From Giardia intestinalis (Eukaryota), in the NCBI GenBank assembly GCA_000002435.2, contig CM018793.1: a stretch of DNA of 64,000 nucleotides. One strand, 5' to 3'. Positions within the stretch are counted from its first letter, which is position 1. Every line of letters begins with the position of its first letter. Position numbers and translations under genes: made by a program. A model generated the notes under the pieces. That model saw only the letters and a list, made by a program, of their open reading frames with translations. It was not told where the DNA came from and ran no database searches. Below, one piece after another: positions 59,745 through 64,000 of this stretch.

Positions 59745-61319
59745 ATGTCCAATAAATACAATATTTACACTACAAATGCCGTCTTAAAAATGTCCCTGCC
59801 TGAGTTGAACGAGCTCGAGCCCAAGGATCTCTGGCAAAACTTCTTCTTTATGTGCGGGATACCACATGGGTCGGGAAATGTCACGGCTATCGTCCAGGCC
59901 CTCAAGGAGCGTGCCGAAGCAGCCGGTCTCAAGGCGACCATTGAAGCCTCCTCCGGGAATCTTCTCATTGTGAAGGAGGCAGACCCAGGATGCGAGAATG
60001 CCCCAACAGTCTGCCTACAAGGTCATTGTGACATGGTTTGCAGCAAGCGTGCCACGACAGAGCACGACTTCCTCAAAGATCCGATTCGCCCACGTCTTGA
60101 GATGACGGACGGCAAGCTCTGTATGTATGCAAACGGGACGACTCTCGGGGCAGATAACGGGATCGGCGTCTCTGCTGCCCTCGCGATTGCTTGTGACAAG
60201 ACTCTGAAGACGGGCCGTATCGAGGTCCTCGTCACTATCGACGAGGAGACTACAATGCACGGCGTGAAGCACATGGGGACGGACCTTCTCGAAGCCAAGT
60301 ACTTGCTGAATCTGGACTCTGAGGACCTCGGGGTCGTAACTATTGGGTCTGCAGGAGGGTTCAATGGCAACTTTTACTTCAATCCCGCAACCTTCAAGAC
60401 CATAGATTGTGACTCTTGCAATTGCCTGAGTATTGAAGTCAAGGGATTCTCGGGTGGACACTCTGGCGTCGACATCCACCATTACAGAGGCAATGCTATA
60501 AAGATTATGGCGCGTATCCTGGACATTGCCTGTAGCCTTGAGTATCAAGGAAAGATTTGCTCCATCAAGGGCGGAACAGCCCACAATGCAATTCCTATGG
60601 ACTGTTCTGCCTGTCTGTGCTTCTGCGGTGTCAGTCAGGCCAAGATCGCCAGCTTCATTTCTGAAGCCAAAAAGCTTGCGGAGGATCTTAAGACTGAGTA
60701 CAAGACAACCGACAGTGACGCCACGATAGTGATTCATGAGCAGAGCCAGACCTGCCATGGCAAGTGCACTCATGCTCTCTATGTTTCGTCGCGCAGCCTT
60801 GTTGACTTTCTGCTTACTTGCCCCTCTCAGGTTATTCGCGTGTCTCAGGACGTTGAAGGCCTTACGGAGAGCTCGATGAATCTGGGCAAAGTGAGGTTCA
60901 GCGCAGAGAACCTCCCTGGGAGTTACATTGTCACTCTGTCTCGTTCGTCGGTCAACTCCTACCTTGATGCCAACGACAAGATGTTGGCTGGGCTCGCCCG
61001 CATGGCCAGGATCTTCAAGTATAGCGGCAAGCTGGATCCGTACGGCGGCTGGACCCCGAATCCTCACTCCAAGCTGCTAGAGATCTGCAAGAGGCACTAC
61101 GCAGACGCCCTCGGCGGGAAAGAGCCGATCGTGGAGGCCATCCACGCCGGCCTTGAGTGTGGCGAGATTATCTCTAGATATCCCAGCATGGAGGCTATTT
61201 CCATCGGGCCGACTATTAGGAATCCTCATAGTGACAGCGAACTCTGTGAAGTGGAGACTGTTCTGCCGTTCTACAATGTCGTCAAGGGCATTGTCTCGGA
61301 GATTGCCACCCTCCAGTAA
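59745..61319 (+). CDS. pepD: Aminoacyl-histidine (Xaa-His) dipeptidase PepD, peptidase family M20C.
   Basis: Matches bacterial PepD blocks: LQGHCDMV (vs LQAHLDMV), HDFLKDPIRP, NGTTLGADNGIGVSAALAIA, IHAGLECG, SIGPTIRNPHS. ATG at 59745. Confidence 0.85.
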   Translation: MSNKYNIYTTNAVLKMSLPELNELEPKDLWQNFFFMCGIPHGSGNVTAIVQALKERAEAAGLKATIEASSGNLLIVKEADPGCENAPTVCLQGHCDMVCSKRATTEHDFLKDPIRPRLEMTDGKLCMYANGTTLGADNGIGVSAALAIACDKTLKTGRIEVLVTIDEETTMHGVKHMGTDLLEAKYLLNLDSEDLGVVTIGSAGGFNGNFYFNPATFKTIDCDSCNCLSIEVKGFSGGHSGVDIHHYRGNAIKIMARILDIACSLEYQGKICSIKGGTAHNAIPMDCSACLCFCGVSQAKIASFISEAKKLAEDLKTEYKTTDSDATIVIHEQSQTCHGKCTHALYVSSRSLVDFLLTCPSQVIRVSQDVEGLTESSMNLGKVRFSAENLPGSYIVTLSRSSVNSYLDANDKMLAGLARMARIFKYSGKLDPYGGWTPNPHSKLLEICKRHYADALGGKEPIVEAIHAGLECGEIISRYPSMEAISIGPTIRNPHSDSELCEVETVLPFYNVVKGIVSEIATLQ

Positions 61320-61326
61320 ATTTTGA

Positions 61327-62790
61327 ATGCCGTTTATTCCGTGGGTGCTGTGTCGCAGACTCTCAGGCTTGCTCAGAGAGCAGATTCGCAGGTCCCTTGA
61401 GGCAGTGGGCGATTATATAATTCGCGGAAGAGAAGGAGGAACTAGACTCCAGTTTATTGTTATTCCATCCGGGGAAGCTGTGGCGTCATCACATCTTCTG
61501 CTAGACGAGATTATGGATCTTATTCAGGTTTCTTCTCCAGACACGCACATAGTGAGCTCTCTAGGGTCTGACATAATACAAAACGTTCCTTGGGATAGGA
61601 CGGACATTGCTTTGATCGTCGATGGAAACGACCTCTTTCCGCTACGGGGAAATGACGATGGTGCGCTTCGAGTCATGCGGTGTTTCCTATCCCATATAAG
61701 GGCCAACGAGGCTTCGCGCATCCTTCTTATCATATTAACAACCGCACTTCCCACTGTCTTCATTTACATGTTCAAGAAAACTATGGCCCGGGCCGTCGGC
61801 CAGATAACGCTTTTAGTGCCCCAGAGCATACAATGCTGTCCACTACATATTGGCATGGACCTCTGCGATAGTATCCTTGGAGAGCTGCTCGTAGAAGGAG
61901 TTCTCCCAAGTAAAGACAGTGTCAACTATATGAATAGTCTCGACGGGTCAGAACTTATAATGCTGCCTGAGATGATCTACCGAGCCCTTACACAGACTGG
62001 AGCAGTGCAGACTAAGGTAGCTAATCATCTGTGCAAGATTCTAAACACGTGTCTTCTAATATACCAAGTCATGATACAGCACATCCCCTTCCAAGGAGAG
62101 CTGAGTACATTTTGCTTGTTTCTAATTAACATGTTGAAGGGCCGCCTTGACCAGTGGCCCCACTCTCGGGCAATAACCTTGGCAACAGAGCGGGAAATGG
62201 ATACAGCCCAAATGGCTATTCTATCAAAGTGTATATGTGACATTTTAGAGAAAGGGTCGGTGCAATCAGACCCTAGGGACACGCCCCGCTGGGTCTCAGA
62301 GTACAACAGTATGCTCAAAAAAGAGGTAGCGTTGCTAAGCGACGACCTCCTAACTATAGAAAGTTGGCCTGCAAAACGCCGCACGCAGCACGCGCACACG
62401 ATTTTTAACACAGTATACGGAGGGATAATCGGACACCTGTTCCCCCTGTCTCTTTGGGATGCTGTCTATACAACGGAGAACAGTTCCTTGTTCCTCGTAG
62501 GACAGCATAACAACCCAAATATCCAACTTGACGGCTTGATTGGCTCATACAATGACACCATCTGTGAAGCAACCTGGAGCATTCTCAAGACAGTGAGGGC
62601 AGGGTCTATTGCTGTCAACACCCTCTTCCAACAAGCAGCAGAAAACTACTTCAAAACCCATTGGATACGGTCAGATGATCATACAACGCTGATCAGTGAC
62701 TTCATCACCTTCCTAATGGCACTGCAGCAGGCACAGATAGTGACAATCACCGCTCAGAGCGCCAGACTGATGGTTGAAATGATTATATGA
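61327..62790 (+). CDS. Hypothetical protein.
   Basis: ATG at 61327, only 7 bp after the dipeptidase TAA. 487 aa, no recognisable domain. Confidence 0.55.
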   Translation: MPFIPWVLCRRLSGLLREQIRRSLEAVGDYIIRGREGGTRLQFIVIPSGEAVASSHLLLDEIMDLIQVSSPDTHIVSSLGSDIIQNVPWDRTDIALIVDGNDLFPLRGNDDGALRVMRCFLSHIRANEASRILLIILTTALPTVFIYMFKKTMARAVGQITLLVPQSIQCCPLHIGMDLCDSILGELLVEGVLPSKDSVNYMNSLDGSELIMLPEMIYRALTQTGAVQTKVANHLCKILNTCLLIYQVMIQHIPFQGELSTFCLFLINMLKGRLDQWPHSRAITLATEREMDTAQMAILSKCICDILEKGSVQSDPRDTPRWVSEYNSMLKKEVALLSDDLLTIESWPAKRRTQHAHTIFNTVYGGIIGHLFPLSLWDAVYTTENSSLFLVGQHNNPNIQLDGLIGSYNDTICEATWSILKTVRAGSIAVNTLFQQAAENYFKTHWIRSDDHTTLISDFITFLMALQQAQIVTITAQSARLMVEMII

Positions 62791-62804
62791 TTGCCATTTA
62801 AATT

Positions 62805-64000
62805 GCAATCTGAACTTGGCCGCCGCCAAATCCAGATTCCGCCGGCGCCGATTTAAAAATGCGTGAGATTGTCCACATCCAGGCAGGCCAGTGCGGCAAC
62901 CAGATCGGCGCGAAGTTCTGGGAGGTCATCTCCGACGAGCACGGCGTCGACCCGAGCGGCGAGTACCGCGGGGACTCGGAGCTCCAGATCGAGAGGATCA
63001 ACGTCTACTTCAACGAGGCGGCGGGCGGCAGGTACGTCCCCCGCGCCATCCTCGTGGACCTCGAGCCGGGCACGATGGACTCTGTCCGCGCAGGCCCCTT
63101 CGGGCAGATCTTCCGCCCCGACAACTTCGTCTTCGGCCAGTCCGGCGCCGGGAACAACTGGGCGAAGGGCCACTACACGGAGGGCGCCGAGCTCGTCGAC
63201 GCCGTCCTCGACGTCGTCCGCAAGGAGTCCGAGGCGTGCGACTGCCTCCAGGGCTTCCAGATCTGCCACTCCCTGGGGGGCGGCACGGGCGCCGGGATGG
63301 GCACGCTCCTCATCGCGAAGATCCGCGAGGAGTACCCCGACCGCATGATGTGCACGTTCTCCGTCGTCCCGTCCCCGAAGGTCTCGGACACGGTCGTTGA
63401 GCCGTACAACGCGACCCTCTCGGTCCACCAGCTCGTCGAGCACGCCGACGAGGTCTTCTGCATCGACAACGAGGCCCTCTACGACATCTGCTTCCGCACG
63501 CTCAAGCTCACGTGCCCCACCTACGGAGACCTCAACCACCTCGTCTCGCTCGTCATGTCCGGCTGCACGAGCTGCCTCCGCTTCCCCGGCCAGCTCAACG
63601 CCGACCTCCGCAAGCTCGCGGTCAACCTGATCCCGTTCCCGCGCCTCCACTTCTTCCTCGTCGGCTTCGCGCCCCTGACGAGCCGCGGCTCCCAGATCTA
63701 CCGCGCCCTCACGGTCCCCGAGCTCGTCTCCCAGATGTTCGACAACAAGAACATGATGGCCGCGTCCGACCCGCGCCACGGCCGCTACCTGACCGCCGCC
63801 GCCATGTTCCGCGGGCGCATGTCCACGAAGGAGGTCGACGAGCAGATGCTCAACATCCAGAACAAGAACTCCTCGTACTTCGTCGAGTGGATCCCGAACA
63901 ACATGAAGGTCAGCGTCTGCGACATCCCGCCGCGCGGGCTCAAGATGGCCGCGACCTTCATCGGAAACTCCACGTGCATCCAGGAGCTCTTCAAGCGCGT
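62805..64000. repeat. Inverted-repeat arm B (54-bp flank plus beta-tubulin copy 3; continues past the window).
   Basis: Reverse complement of 58222..59619. The antisense spurious ORFs mirror those of copy 2 (for example 62798..63001 vs 59423..59623). Confidence 0.85.
62859..64000 (+). CDS. Beta-tubulin (copy 3 of 3), 3'-truncated by the window end.
   Basis: ATG at 62859 after ATTTAAAA. The first ~380 codons are identical to copy 2 wherever checked (including ATT at codon 4). Runs off the window. Confidence 0.95.
   Translation, partial: MREIVHIQAGQCGNQIGAKFWEVISDEHGVDPSGEYRGDSELQIERINVYFNEAAGGRYVPRAILVDLEPGTMDSVRAGPFGQIFRPDNFVFGQSGAGNNWAKGHYTEGAELVDAVLDVVRKESEACDCLQGFQICHSLGGGTGAGMGTLLIAKIREEYPDRMMCTFSVVPSPKVSDTVVEPYNATLSVHQLVEHADEVFCIDNEALYDICFRTLKLTCPTYGDLNHLVSLVMSGCTSCLRFPGQLNADLRKLAVNLIPFPRLHFFLVGFAPLTSRGSQIYRALTVPELVSQMFDNKNMMAASDPRHGRYLTAAAMFRGRMSTKEVDEQMLNIQNKNSSYFVEWIPNNMKVSVCDIPPRGLKMAATFIGNSTCIQELFKR

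Noticed and set aside
1-64000. Prokaryotic interpretation (operons, CRISPR, mobile elements).
   Set aside because: Tubulin, dynein heavy chain, NEK kinases, ankyrin repeats and AGTRAAY poly(A) signals make this eukaryotic. No direct-repeat/spacer arrays, no transposase- or integrase-like ORFs, and no tRNA or rRNA signatures were recognised by eye.

Overview
This window is eukaryotic, not prokaryotic. It encodes a near-perfect beta-tubulin (three copies), a ~4,870-aa dynein heavy chain with four recognisable AAA P-loops, NEK-type kinases fused to ankyrin repeats, ankyrin/coiled-coil 'Protein 21.1'-like genes, a cysteine-rich membrane protein with CxxC/GGCY motifs, and a surface-protein fragment ending ...CRGKL. 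Genes are intron-less and packed 7-50 bp apart, with AT-rich initiators directly before each ATG and AGTRAAY polyadenylation signals at or just after stop codons. Together these point to a diplomonad of the Giardia intestinalis type; this is an inference from sequence features, and no database search was run. I call about 25 protein-coding genes. The supplied ORF track treats TTG and GTG as starts (for example 2890, 4709, 16084, 36883, 44571, 44584 and 55526 are not ATG), so I re-anchored several starts to the first in-frame ATG; this removes most apparent gene overlaps. The most unusual structure is a triplicated, homogenised beta-tubulin gene. Copies 2 and 3 form a head-to-head inverted repeat of about 1.4 kb around a 3.2-kb spacer that carries a bacterial-type PepD dipeptidase. 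A truncated surface-protein gene fragment abuts the 3' end of copy 2. Two ORF-free blocks of 2.4 kb and 1.8 kb flank the high-cysteine membrane protein, which is atypical for this gene-dense genome.
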